A program made the position numbers and the translations under genes. Below the pieces are notes generated by a model. It worked only from the letters and a program-made list of their open reading frames with translations. It was not told the DNA's origin and ran no database searches. From Podarcis bocagei (lineage: Eukaryota), in assembly GCA_964188305.1 (NCBI GenBank), contig OZ076888.1: a DNA stretch of 64,000 nucleotides; one strand, given 5' to 3'. How positions within the stretch are numbered: position 1 is the first letter of the stretch; the number at the start of each line of letters is the position of its first letter. Below are positions 46,285-59,842 of this stretch, piece after piece.

Positions 46285-48900
46285 GTAAACCCATTCAAAT
46301 CATTAAACCTAAGCTAGTCATGTTGACTAACTTCAATGGGTCTGTTCTAAGTAGGAGTAATACACAGCCCCATCTCCCCTCTAAGAACCCCCATTTTATC
46401 ACTCAAAGAAGTTTCAGAGTTTCACCTTTAGATACTTAAACTAGCAGAACTCATATGAAAAGGAAGTCATAAAGCACCTAGCAGGCCACAATGCATGTTT
46501 GTTGGCTCCTCCAGCCTGGTAAATTCCAGTTGTTGTTCAACTACAACTGTCATCAGCCCCAACCAGATTAGCTAAAGGTAAGAGATGATGGGAGTTGCTA
46601 TTCGGAACATCAGGGAGGCAAAACATTTGGGGGCTGGGAAAGGTTGGCAAATACCTTGGTGGTTCCAAGTTGTGCTGACCTGTTCTAAATTATGGTTAGA
46701 GATAATTTTTTTCATAATAACTCAGAATCAACAGAGGACAGATCATTTTGAAGACATATGGCAACTTCCATAGAATCAGAAGCACAGTAAAAAATGTGAT
46801 TTGTACACAAACCTTTATGGGCATAAAAACCTCACAATTAATTGCCCTGTCATGGGATATTGAGAACTGCTTCAGGAATAAAATATTCACATTTAAATCA
46901 AACCAGGGAGGTTAAGGCTGACAATATCCTTCTCCCAACGAACACTGTTAATATTTTACAAACTAATTTGTGCCCTACAGAGTATGCCTTCAGTCTTGTC
47001 AGCTTCATGAACATGCAGTGAATCTACAGTAACAATTTTTTTTTTAAAAAAAGAATTAGTTGGGGGTATAGAATGCCATTAAATATGTACAGGTACAAAC
47101 AGAAATTAATCTGAAATTAATCATGTAGAGCAATGCAGGTCTGCGGTTCCCTGCTCCTAACTAAATTCTCATTTTAAAAAAAAACAAAGCCATGCAGCTT
47201 GTGAAAAACAAGCCAACATTAAAAATTCAGGAAATGTTTGCCAAATCTGCTGGAGACAGTGTAGACAGCTAAAGGCTGTCAGTGGGGAATATTGTCATAA
47301 CACTAAGAATAATGTGTTATCTGGTGCCTAACACTGAACACAGTGTAAACAATTAATCATGGGACAAAAACTGTTGAAAATCAATAGGGTTCTGAGTTGC
47401 ATTTACAGCTTGCACTGATCAAGAAATTTCTCTGCCTTGCTGCTTATGATGAATAAATTGTGTTAACCTTTCTTGACACAATATGTCATTCTCTGAAATG
47501 TATGCATCTCACACTGGCATCTGGAAGAGATGCATTTTAGGTGTTGGAAAATGCAAATGCCTGTGGAAGGGTGAGAACAGAGCAGATGCCAGAAGCAGAA
47601 GAGGATCGAAAGAAGGTTCAGCAAACTATCAAAGCAGACTCCTTGGTAGGCGTGCCTGCAAAACTGCAGTTCAGTGTTTTGCAGTAGAATAGGACAGAAG
47701 CAACACATTCCTTGTATAGTCAGTTTACAGCAAGGCCAGGCCTGCTCAATTTGTGGAGACACGAGGCCGGGAGTGGCTAACCTTTTTTTGCCCTGAGGGT
47801 TGGCCAAACATCCAAGCGGCACACGCCAGCAGTGGGCATGGTCAAAGTGGCTATCACGCATGCTCCCCACATATACAGACCATATGCTCCTCACATATAT
47901 ATTCAGCCAGGCATTCCACCCCCTGAAAAGGTAGATCACTGCATAATTTTCTGCAAATGTTGGCTATCCCGTTTTTTGTAGCAGCCACCATTGCTGCCAC
48001 CCAGACATGGGGTGAAGGACATGGGTTTGTTTGTTTTTTGCATGAGACAGAAGAGGAAGCCACCTCTGGTTGGCAGGCAGCAGTGGCAGGCAGAACAAAG
48101 ATGCTGGTACTCCCATTCATCCTTATAAAGATGAAAGCAAACCTAACCCGTGATGTAAGAAAATCAAAAGCCAATTAATAGCAATAGAAGGAGCATCCCT
48201 GTGTGCTGTGTAATATAAGACCCGCACACCCAGTTACAGTTTTGGTGTAAGCACAGGACCCTGTAAGCATCTGTCCACCTTATCACATAAGCGATCAGGT
48301 AAACAACTCCCCTACAACTTAAGGAACTGAAGTTGAAAACAGAAATAAACCAATTTTAGTTTGGACTGAAACTTTCTTCAAAGTAGGAAAGATAAGTCTC
48401 CAATTAACACTTGCCTTCAGCTGTTTCAGAAATACATTTGTCAGCTTCTGGCAAATTAATTAATCCTGAAGGGGGTGATCTAATGTTCTCACCATTCTTC
48501 CTTCTGTCCCTTCTTCTTCAGCAAGGACCAAGATTCTTCTGGGATGTCACTGCATTTTAATTGCAAACTACTGATGTGATGTGTTTAAATGCAATGACCT
48601 GCTTGGCTTGATGGAACTATTGTTTAAGACACGTTTTCCTAAGAAAGAGTGCCTGTTTTTTGCTATAGAAGCTACCGTATTTTAAACATGCTGCTTTAGG
48701 AAGTATTGCTTCTCATACTGAACAGATTTAAGGAGCAGCAGGTACCACTGATCTGGACTGATGAGGGATAGCATAGGACTAGTTTGCAAAAGTGTATGTT
48801 TAACTTCCATTTCTCTGTATTTGATTACAGGACATCTGGTGACTGTCATCTGAATGTATGAACTGATATCTTTTAATAGCACAGTACTTTATGTGATATA

Positions 48901-49248
48901 GGGACGCAGGTGGCGCTGTGGGTTAAACCACAGAGCCTAGGACTTGCTGATCAGAAGGTCGGCGGTTCGAATCCCTGCAATGGGGTGAGCTCCCGTTGCT
49001 CAGTCTCTGCTCCTGCCCACCTAGCAGTTCGAAAGCCCTTTAAAGTGCAAGTAGATAAATAGGTACCGCTCCGGCGGGAAGGTAAATGGCGTTTCCGTGT
49101 GCTGTTATGGTTTGCCAGAAGCAGCTTAGTCATGCTGGCCACATGACCCGGAAGCTGTACGCCAGCTCCCTCGGCCAATAAAGCGAGATGAGCACCACAA
49201 CCCCAGAGTTGGTCACGACTGGACCTAATGGTCAGGGGTCCCTTTACT
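48901..49248 (+). mobile_element. Sauria SINE, full length
   Basis: GGGACGCAGGTGGCGCTGTGGGTTAAACC...GGGGTCCCTTTAC; 16-bp TSD TACTTTATGTGATATA at 48885-48900 and 49249-49264. Confidence 0.97.
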
Positions 49249-50906
49249 TACTTTATGTGATATAAATATTTTGTCTGTGGGGTTTGAACTGTGATTTTTT
49301 CCCCTGAGACTCTGCATAAAAAGTCCATGAAAATGCATTTTAGAAAACCATTCTAGAATCCTTTTCAGGTCAGGGAAACTGCTTCTAAACACAGAGGTTC
49401 CCTCTCATGATCAAAACCATTTCTGGTCCAATCTGTGGATTTGCAGACATACTCAGACCATGGTATTCTATTCTTAAGCATGGCATATTGGTACAAAGTT
49501 AACTTGGTTGCCTTTAAAAAAAAAAAAACATTTCTGGAGCAGCAGCTCCACATCTTCTCTGCCATGCTCTGACAAGATTTAATTTCCTTCTTTGCTGAGA
49601 AAATGTAACTATTTTGGAAGGTTGAATTGGAGCCATCTCTTCACTGCCAGATAAATTGGATCTACTTGTTGTCAAGCTGCTTTGGGTGCTGATGCACTTG
49701 GAGTTAGCACAGCCTCTGTTGGACAGCTGTTGTTGAGAATGCAAATGCTGGGACTTCTCAAGAGTCTTGCAGCAGCTCCCCAAACCGCTTCAGCAAAGTC
49801 GAGGGCTTTTACTGCCATAGATGCACAGCAGTGGGATTTTTGCAAAAAGGAGGCATTTAAGTGCAGCTCACAAGTAAGCTGCCTTCAGGACCAGGCTGTT
49901 TGCTTTCGTTCTCTAAATCTGCAGGCTTCTTGTAGTGCATGCTCAAAAAGAAGTGGCGGCTTTATTGTTTAAGGTTTTATTAGTATTCCTGCTGCTCTCT
50001 CCTGCAACAGCTGCAGACGACGCATTCAGCAAAGACATCTCTCTAAGCTTCAAAGTGCAGGAGCTGTGCACACAGAAACGACTGTGGCTGTAACTGGCAT
50101 CAGAGATCAGCAAAGTCAACAGAGACTAAGTGCTGTCCCATTTGACAGCCTCTGTTACCCACTGTGGGGCAAGCACTCGCCTCATTTTAAAGTGATGGTT
50201 TAACAGGTAGATTGAACAAGCAACCATAGCTGCTGCGGCATAGTAACAAGAGCAGGAGAAAAAGGGAGTTGAGAGGTAATCTGAAAATTTTCAGAAGAGA
50301 GTTTTTGGGTGATGTTTTAGATATTTTCTCCCCACCCCCAAAAGACGTCAATTTTGCAAAAAGAAAAATCTGCGCTGTTTTTTGTGGCAACCACTATTTC
50401 TACTTCCCCACACCAATGCTCTACAAGGTTAGGAGAATTATGGGCAGGGTGGGCAGAGTGATGGTCAGGCTCCCTGTCCAGGAATGCTGCTGCCATTTGC
50501 ATGAGTAGCAACAAAATAACAACAGGGGAAATAAATTGTGTTGGTGAGCTCCACTCCCAAGAAACCGTTAAGAGGATTTTGTTCCCCTCCATGTTGAATA
50601 TTCAATGAAATCTCATTCGCCCAATTTCACCACTCATGAATACAGCAGATAATTTTCTCTTGGCTCTTTTCACTTAAAGTTAACCATGGATGGGGAACTT
50701 GTGAACTTCCTGATGTTCTGGAACTCCACCATTCCTGTTGGCCTTTCTGAAGGCACTATTATTTTGTCCCAAAAAGAAACATTTTAACAGCTTTCTATGT
50801 ATGTCCTTCAAACAGCCTTATGTTCTCTGGTGCTTCTCCTAGACATATCAGTGTCCTTATTTTGCTATTTGAGAAGTCTGTTTGGGGTGTCCTGTTATAA
50901 ACTGTA

Positions 50907-51119
50907 CAGTGGTACCTCGGGTTACAGACGCTTCAGGTTGCAGACTCCGCTAACCCAGAAATAGTACCTCGGGTTAAGAACTTTGCTTCAGGATAAGAAC
51001 AGAAATTGCGTGGTGATGGCAGCACAAGGCCCCATTAGATAAAGTGGTACCTCAGGTTAAGAACAGTTTCAGGTTAAGAACGGACCTCCAGAACGAATTC
51101 CTAACCCGAAGTACCACTG
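50907..51119. mobile_element. Tc1/mariner (Tigger/pogo-like) MITE
   Basis: TA|CAGTGGTACCTCGGGTTA...TAACCCGAAGTACCACTG|TA. Confidence 0.88.
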
Positions 51120-51460
51120 TATTAGTTTTTGCATAAGTGGACCAGGGCTGCCATTCTTGGTGTTTCCATTCCCATCCATTCATCCAAAATAAAACTTCTG
51201 CATGGGGACAGGCAGCTTGATTCCAGAGCACATGCATGGGCATGCAGTGCATATACATGAACAGGACAATCCTATGCCCTCTGATTCTGGAGTAAGGCAC
51301 ACTGAAATCAGTGGGATTTACTGCTGACTAAACATGCATAGGATTAAAATACACAGCATGCTTTAGAAGAAAGCATAGTATTCCCTATGCTGCAGGGAAG
51401 TTGAGCTTGAAGTGTTGAGCTATAATGTATTAAAGACAATTACAGGTTTTTTTTAGTGTA

Positions 51461-51676
51461 CATAGGTACCTCGGTTTAAGAACAGCCCTGTTAACGAACT
51501 ATTCAATTTACAAACTCCGCAAAACCAGAAGTAGAGTCTACAAATGGAAGCTGAAAGGTGGAAGGGCACCGGCGGCAGGAGGCCTCATTAGGGAAAGTGA
51601 GCCTCGGTTTAAGAACAGCTTTGGTTTAAGAACCGACTTCCAGAACAGATTAAGTTCGTAAACCGAGGTACCACTG
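51461..51676. mobile_element. Tc1/mariner (Tigger/pogo-like) MITE, related subfamily
   Basis: TA|CATAGGTACCTCGGTTTA...TAAACCGAGGTACCACTG|TA. Confidence 0.85.
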
Positions 51677-53106
51677 TACCTTTGATCAAAGCAAACAAAC
51701 AAAAATATGCTTTTAAAAGCATGCAATCACCAAGTCCAGACTGTGGCTGTAGGTTCTTGCTTGGCCATTTAAACACCAAATGACAACATACTGCCTCTCT
51801 TCTACTCCTCTCTTCCCCTTCCTTTGTTAAAAGCCTATCCAAATAGTAAACCTTGCTGTGTGTAAAGAAAAGACTATTGCATAGCAAGTGAATATAGTAT
51901 GCAGAAAATAGCCTTCACCAATGCTCAGAGGTTGGTTCTAGTGAAATCCTGTATAATATGGGGGGAGGTGTCATCTGTGAAATATTGTGTGAAGTATAAT
52001 ATGATTATGACAAGTAGAAAATCAAACACCTGGATCGTGGATGAACTGGTAGATATTTGGGTAAGGCAATAGAGCAACATCCTCTTTTGCTGCAGCAATA
52101 AAACTGCTAGCATGTTTTGAAAGCTAAGCAGAGTGCAGTATGGTTTCAAATTGGATGGGGAACTGTTTGACGACATTCCTACATTGCAGGGGATTGGGAA
52201 ACATTTCTATTATTCCTCAATATAAGATACAACTGGTTATGAATGGGTTTTAATGAATCCAGATATTACAACTGGTTACTAAAGCAACTAATTTAATTTG
52301 CTTCAATGTTATTTTTTAAAAAAGAACACAATATTCTAACAGCCACAAACTGCTTATAAAATAAGCCATATTAACTTTTTTAAAAAGAAATGGGTATTAA
52401 TGTGCTGTAGAGTTGGGCTTATGAAGTTCTACAACCATCTCACAGTGATGTGCTTTTGTAACCTGTCAGAATTTCTTCAGGTGATCAGATGGTACACTTC
52501 TGAAATGCACTGGGGACAACTTGGGGATTCAAAAGTTGTCAGAACTGCCAAATAAAGCCATACACACACACCTTGTAAGATGGACCCAGCGGGAATAAAG
52601 GCCTTCTTTTGTAAAGAGTTACTGCTTGGCACATAACAGGAAATTATAGGACTCCAACTGATTAAAGGTCAAAGGCTGACCTAGGTTACAACCAGACATT
52701 TCAAGCCATTATTACCAGTGTTTTGCCCACCAATTGTTCAAGCAGCAGAAGAGGCAGGCATGTATTTTACATTCTAAAAGCTCCACACAAACCCCTTTCC
52801 CTTTTCTTTATGTGGCTGATAAGAGGGAGAAAGAGCAAGAGAGCTCAAAATCTTCACTTACTCATTTGTACATTGCCATATGGCCACTGACTGGAAGCAA
52901 TCTGTTCATTATTATTTTTTTATGTTACTCAAAAACTCAGCAAATCTTCATGATGATTGCCACCAAAATGCAATAGATGAAAGGCTGTTTTATATCTATA
53001 TCAGGAAGTTCCATAGGTAACTAAAATTCTAGAAGTAATATTCATTGCTGAATGGTATAAAGAATGCATTTTCTGCCCCCGCCCCCATGCATATATGGAG
53101 TGATCT

Positions 53107-53202
53107 AAGGCTGCAAGCCCAACCATGTCTACTCAGTGGTACGTCCCACTTAATTCAATGGGATTTACTCCTGGGTAAGTGAGGTTAAAGAAGCACCCTA
53201 AG
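53107..53202. repeat. short (about 90 bp) old palindromic interspersed repeat; relatives at about 9043, 24918, 51267 and 60455
   Basis: Shared GGCTGCA..CCTA / GGAGTAAG.CCCA.TGAA.TCAATGGGA.TTAC pattern. Confidence 0.6.
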
Positions 53203-53392
53203 TCATGTTGTTATCTTTCACACTAGGTTATCACCACCCCTCACCCCTGCATCATGTGTTTTGAATTACACTCAAATGTAGTTTGCTATAGTTTTTGACA
53301 AGTGCTGTGGTATTACTCTTTCAGAATCAAGAAATTTCTTTGGAGAGATAATTTTATGTTAATCATATGTTTCTTCAGATGATAGCTATGAG

Positions 53393-53810
53393 TAAGGATG
53401 GGTGAGCAATTTGTTCTGTTTGCACTTTAATGTGAGCCTATCTATCTTGTCATTCCTGGGCCAATGTGTGAGCTAAAATGCAGCTACCTTTCAAAATCTG
53501 CACATCTGTGAATGTTGTGATGCAAGTTCTCCAACCAAAAAAATGTAAAAGTATGCAGATGATAGAGAAAAGTACCCTCAACAATGTCTTTAGTGGAAAC
53601 ATCTTTCCAAAACACATTCTATTGAGGGATATGGCTTGCAAACAATGTGTACACTGTATTAGGAAAAACTGCACACCAAGTTGCACATAAAAACATGCAC
53701 AAATTTTCATTAAAAACCCCCACAAACTGACACGCATATGGAACTGAATTCAGAAACATGAGAAATGGAGAAAAGCAAAAAAATAGCAGATTTATTTATC
53801 CTCATCCCTA
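53393..53810 (+). mobile_element. old non-autonomous DNA transposon (TAGGGATG-type ends)
   Basis: TAAGGATGGGG...CTCATCCCTA; similar to 14866-15215. Confidence 0.6.
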
Positions 53811-54958
53811 GGCAAGAACAGATGATCACAACAAGGAAAAACAATTGTCTTCATTGTTTAGTCGTGTCCGACGCTTAGCTATCCAGATTATAGTGAGCAT
53901 CACAAGGAAGAGCAACTTTGCCAAAAACGCTCAACAATTTTTGTGTTCAGATGTTCACTTTTTGAAATATGGCAACCCTAATCTTGCACTCTTGATAAAG
54001 GATGCAAGACAACCAACAGTCTGGAAGGCAGTTTGGAGTGAAATGCCCTGCTCCTGTTGCAATGTCCTAGCCCTTGGAATGAGGAGGAGAGGTTGTTAGC
54101 AGCATTCTAAGGCAGTTAGAATCCGTTTGATTCACTTGAGGGCGGGCAATGAAAGGTGAGGAGTGAGAGAGAATTTGTGATATAGCAAGTTTACTTGGAG
54201 TAGGAAAGGAACAGTTGTTAATGACGATGCCAAGAAGTGCCGCTGCCATCACAGAAATCAGAACTGCTGAGGATATAAGCATATGAAGCTAGGAGAGGGT
54301 TGGAGAGGCTTAAGAGATGATTGAAGTGGCTGCCAGCTGTGATTTCCTATTTGCCAAGGACTAGACCTGGGAATACTGAACTATGGACTCTCCTCCAAGG
54401 TAAAACCTGCATTTTAGACTAGCTTTTTTGATGCCTGTGGCATGTGATGACATTTTCCATAGGCGAACAGTTAGGGCCAGAGGCACCAGCAATTGCAGGG
54501 AGGAAATGTGTGTGAGAATCACGCTTCCTTCTCAAAGCTGGGCTTTTGGGAAAGTGGCAGAAGAGCTCTTGGGCCCCCTTGGAGAATCATACCTCTCTCC
54601 CTACTCTAATTTACTGGGAACCTTTAGGAGACTAGCCTAGTCCCCCTAGTCCACCGACCACAAGTCACTGATCAATAGTTTATCAGAAGAACACTTCCAC
54701 ATGAGTTTGTCCAGAGTCTTGAAGAAGTCCTTTCTCTTTTGGGTGGGGATCACATATGGTTTACTACATATGTTAACCGGCCCTATATGAACACCCCCAC
54801 CCAGCCCTGTGCATTTGTAATGATGTGGATTTCAGAGAGTAAGAGACAGAGAGTGGTGAAACAACATCTGTTACTGGTTCAATTCATTGTTAGCTGAGGA
54901 GTTGTTGCGAATTAGCCACAGCCTAGAGAAGAAAGACTGCAATTATGGCTGATCTATG

Positions 54959-55135
54959 CAGTGTTTTTTTTTCTTAAAAAAAAAAAATGTTTAGGGGTAG
55001 TCTCATTTTAACTCAAGAAAATCACCATTTTATTGTTCAAAACAGGAAAAATAAATACAGTAAATGGATTCACAAAGATTCACAAAATGTTTAGGCGTAT
55101 GCATACCTCTGTGTATCCCCAGAAAAAAAGCACTG
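54959..55135. mobile_element. hAT MITE
   Basis: TIR CAGTGTTTTTTT/AAAAAAAGCACTG; perfect 8-bp TSD GATCTATG at 54951-54958 and 55136-55143. Confidence 0.9.
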
Positions 55136-56269
55136 GATCTATGTATTATATTTCTAGATTTCAGCATGCTTTATATTGTAATAGAGTATTGCTTAGCTTC
55201 ATTCATTCAAAGCACTTTTAGCCCACTCTTCGGTTAAAAAGTCTCCCAGAGCAGCTCACAAAGATGAAAAATAAGACAGTGCCTACCCTCAGTCCTACAA
55301 TCCAAAAGATGCAACACAAAAAGGAAAAAGGACTTGAAGCGCAGAGGAGAAAGAGCATACTCAGGCAAGTTCTTAGTTACAATATGACACTGCCACTCCC
55401 AGAGCAAATGGACTTGCTGTGAACAGAAGCTTCATTCCTTATACTGTATACTTAAATCCTTGTGGTATAGGTGACCAGCAAGACAAGGTTAAACAAATTC
55501 ATTGCCAAGGTGGCGGAGGGGGAAGTGCTCACTTTATAAAATTAAACTTATAAGGTGATAAGATCTATCTGTACCATTTTCAAAATTAAATATAAAATAT
55601 TTCATTATACAGTGTGTGTCCATGAAGAATGGGACCTGTTTTGTGAACTTGTCCTGGGTCTGGTGTGTGGCTCGGAAAATGATGAGAGATACGATGTCAC
55701 CTATTCTCTGTGCAACAATAGATCTGTTGGAGTATGACACATAGAATTAGACTTTCTGCTGTGATTAATCAAGTCCACTCAAAGTAGAAATGCTACTATC
55801 TCACACTATTGCATGAAACCAGTGGGATGCAATATATTCATGAAAAAGGCACTTGGAAAACTGCAGTGGAAGCCATTATCTTCTGCACTGTAAGGCATTT
55901 TGCCTCTGGAAAATGTCTTACTACTGCTACCAACATTTAAATTGAAATTAAGAAGCAAAACTCTGTGTTGACTTGAGTACAATTCTATATAACTTTCTGC
56001 AGATTAAGAGAGACATAAGAGCCAATAGTACTTTCTAGATTTGGCTTTCTTTTCAACCTTCTTCCTTCCATTTCTTAAGATATTTCAAAGTTATTTCAAT
56101 AAGATCATCTTCATCATCATCGTAATAATAAGCGTAATTCTACCAGACTTTTGGAGAAAGCTTGGATGAATTAGCCACTTATCTTCACTATAAAACACAT
56201 AGATGGTCACTATGATCCAACTAATTGTTCATCTAAAAATATGTATTTATTATTCTTATTCTTATTCTT

Positions 56270-56383
56270 AGGGCTTTTTTCAGCTGGAACTCACCAGAAC
56301 TCAGTTCTGGCACCTCTCAGGTGGGTGCCATTGTCATTCTAAGAGAACAAGGGAGGCTTTTATGGCGAGTTCTGACACCTCTT
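56270..56383. mobile_element. hAT-type MITE, truncated, same family as 13994-14130
   Basis: AGGGCTTTTTTCAGCTGGAACTC...GGCACCTCTCAGGTGGGTGCCATTGTCATT. Confidence 0.7.
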
Positions 56384-56404
56384 GATGATTAATTCTTTTA
56401 CATC

Positions 56405-56570
56405 TGTTTTTATCCTAGGAGCTTAGTGCGTCTTACAAGTTTCTCCCTCCTCTTATTCTCACAACAGTCCTGCAAGCCAAATTATGGGGATAAAGACTGA
56501 CTGACCCAAGATGTCCTAGTGAGGTTCATAGCTGAATGGGATTTGACCCAGGATGTTTGTTCCCAGTCTT
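56405..56570 (-). mobile_element. old MIR-like SINE
   Basis: CTCACAACAGTCCTGCAAG...TGACTGACCCAAG...CATAGCTGAATGGGATTTGACCCAGG. Confidence 0.6.
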
Positions 56571-56607
56571 AAGCTGGGAACTCTGATCGCTGCCATATGT
56601 GGGAATG

Positions 56608-56794
56608 CCCCTTCCGATCGTCAGGAGGAGGGGGGGTTGCGGGATCACGACCCCCGCCCACACTCGCTCTCACGAGGCTGGCGCCAGCCTCGCGGGAGGC
56701 AGGGATTCCCCCTATTAGCATCCCCTGTGGCGCCAGCCAATCGGCTGGCGGCAGGGGCGGGCCTTAGAAAGGCCACTTAAGGTCGGGGCAGCCC
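56608..56794. other. CpG-rich multi-hairpin insert between 10-bp direct repeats
   Basis: TGTGGGAATG at 56598-56607 and 56795-56804; internal palindromes; CCAAT and GC box. Confidence 0.6.
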
Positions 56795-59060
56795 TGTGGG
56801 AATGGGGATGTACATTTAAAAGTGCCAACAAACTGCTGTTAGGAAGCTCAAAGGGCAACAATCCATGCCACCTTACTGGCCTGTCCTGTCCTATCTTATA
56901 TACACACACATACATTGTAGCGACTTAAAAACAGCATGGTGTCATCGTATCAGGAAAATCCTTGTGTGGTTGCAGCTATATACACATATGCTGGCTTCAG
57001 CCATAAAGCATCTTTTCCCAAGCATTGCAAAAACTATGAAAATCTTCTCAGAGCATGTGCTACAATGCAGGCTAATGAAAATGTTCACTCAAGTACCACC
57101 AGCCCACCTGCTTTCAGGATAAAACTGATTCTGTAATACATGGGAGCCAAACTCCACCACAGGTTTAGGCATGGTGAAATAGTTCAGACAATAGTTCGGC
57201 TTATTTCTTAGAAAAAAAGCACATGTGCTCTTGTGGGGATTTGGCAGGAATAAATTTAGAAGAAAAGCTGCTCTATTTAAAACCTGTAGAAAAGAAGAGG
57301 ACAAGAGGATAGACTCAGATAAGCCAAACACAAAACAGGCAGGCGCCAACAATGATCGTCTTTCTTGTGGCCTTCCAGCTGCCATCAACCTCAACCAGTA
57401 TGGCCTCCAACTCACATCAACCTCAGTCAGGGATGAAGGTAGTTGGAGTCCAACAGCATCTGGAGGGCTGCAGGTTCCCCATCCTTGCCTTTCCAACTTG
57501 TGATGCATTAAAAAAACACCCCACAGCTCACTCGTCACCAGAAGTGGTTGGTGGGAAGAGGTGGGGAGCACATCTGTCCTCCCTGCAGCTGTGGCATTGC
57601 TACCACTTAGCAGGAGGGAGGGGTGCAGTGGAGAGGTCAGCAAGGTGTGGGCCCACTGGTGATCAATCTGGAACTCCAGCTGCTGCGCCTGCACAGCACT
57701 GATCTACCTACCACCTTGTTCTTCTCGTTTTGCTGACTGCCTGGGACAGTAAAAACAAGGAGGAGGGGCGACAGATCATGACTGAATGACTGGCTGTGAT
57801 TACAGATTGTGCAGACCTGCTTTAATGTTTACATCAAGAATGCATTGTAACGAAATGGGGATATTAGAAGCAAGGATACAGGGAGTGATGGTATCAGTAC
57901 TACAACATACTATTGATTAAAATGTCCTATGAGGGCAAGTTGCTATATAAATTATTTTAAAAGTTCATTGTATTCATTGAATAACCTACTGAAGCCGAGC
58001 TACATGACCCTTATGAGATGTAAGCCATTATCAGCATAGGGCCTCAAAAAAGATGACATCAGGCTAGATCCATGGCATTTTCTGCCTATTTTCCATCAAC
58101 AGGACACCCTGCATTTCGTCTGTTCCCCCCCCCCCGCCCCACTTTCACTCAAGCAATCTCTTTCTGTACTTCAGTGTTCCTTGCAGTCCTGTGCTCCCCT
58201 GAACCTGGCTGTGCCATTGCCTAGTTAGCACACTCTTGAAGGTGAATTACTAAGCCAAATGACATAATGAACGAGATACGATGACGCCAAGGAAAGTTGT
58301 TGATTTATGAGCATCTTTGCCAAAGCACTGTGACCTTCCTTCTAAGTTTTATTTTGGAATGTGCCATCAGGACTGTAAACAGTGGGAAATGGCTGAGGGA
58401 AGGGAAGAACAAGCGCATCAAGTCTCCATATTGGGGTGTGTGGCCTGTCCTCTCCTCAACAGCAGTACTTTCTTTCACTACTCAGACTCTTGGCTTTCAT
58501 TTTATATGCAACCAATATAAATAATTATAAAGCTCAGAAAGGTCCAGTTGACTCATTCAGCCTTGAGGAGTGGTGACACCAGCGATAAGGGTATATCAGC
58601 ATGACAGACTTCTGTTGGTTTTATACTAATCTGTCACGGCTTCCTCCCCTCATGCCCACTTAACTGAAACTTCTGTTGTCAAGAAACTTGGGGTATATGC
58701 ATTTTGTTGGACAATTTGCAAGGACTTGGCCTTCTTCTGCAATCTCATAATGATTCCATGAGCTGTCAAATGCTCTATTCGTCCTGTTCGGAATGGAGAG
58801 GTAGTGGGACTGCAACTTCCATACTCGTGCATATATTATTGACCCAATGCTAAGCAATTATTGTTTTCAAGGGGAGAAGGCCCCAAAATGTGCTTCATTC
58901 TCCCATCAATATCAATGGGATTTTAATGGACCTCAGTGGCATTCAAAATAAATTGCTGTAGATATGCTGCATGAAAATGACTCATTACATGAATTGACTC
59001 TTCACTGTTTGGTTTGCTGGAATGTTAACAAAGCGTGTTCTCACTAGAGGAGAGCACGTG

Positions 59061-59842
59061 TTGCGGATGGGGCCTAGCAAGACACCCCATAGTTGCCAGG
59101 CAGGATAAGATAGAGGGGCCTGGCAAGGATTGGCTGTTTGTGTTGCTGGGGTAAAATTGATGTTGCCAATTTGGGGGTGGGAACAGAGGTTATTTAAACA
59201 AGGTTCACAGCTAGCTGCTTTCTCTTTCGATATGGGAACCGGATCACCCGCCCGCCCTCCCTTTTGGGCTTGTGCTTTGACCTTGCTATGCCTGTCATGG
59301 GGTTGTCCGCCTTGGTGCGGGGGCCTGGTAGGAATTTTTCCATTTGGCTGATTAGTGTGTGCCATTTGGTTTTTGCCTACTGCGTAGCAAATCGTCACAA
59401 CTTGTAAGGTTGGCGGTTAGGCATTGGTTTAAATTGGTTGGTGGAGGGGTATGGATTGGCTGTGCCTGCCCCTCCAATGCTGCTGCTGCATGGGAATTCC
59501 GTTAAAGGAATTCTGGGGCTTACCATCCCCTTGTCCAAACCCCTGGAATCGGGTGCGGGCCCCAAGGAGCAAGCAGGGAGGAACTGAAGGGTCTGTGTCA
59601 CAGCCCCAGTTGCCCTGATCTTGTTCCTCCACACTGACTCTCGCTGGAATCCGGGAGTCAGTGCTGTCCCCCAAGGCGGGGGGGGGGGGACAGCTAGTCA
59701 TAACCAATGCCTAAGCAACCACTCACAATTTGTATGTTTAATAAAGTTGTGGCCAAAATTATGCCAAAAACCTTAAACAAAAATTTATGAGTGATGTGTG
59801 AGTTATTGGGGTAGGGGTGTTTTGGGGGACCTCAGCACGCAA
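59061..59842 (+). mobile_element. terminal-repeat remnant of a retroelement, possibly DIRS/Ngaro-type
   Basis: GC-rich block with TTGCG...CGCAA ends, TATTTAAA, CACCCGCCCGCCCTCCC and AATAAAGTTGTGGCC; lacks TG...CA termini and a clear TSD. Confidence 0.45.

Noticed and set aside
49514-50100. Repeat-poor, GC-balanced stretch with ORFs on both strands
   Set aside because: Could be an exon, UTR or enhancer, but I see no recognisable peptide or splice pattern; needs conservation data.
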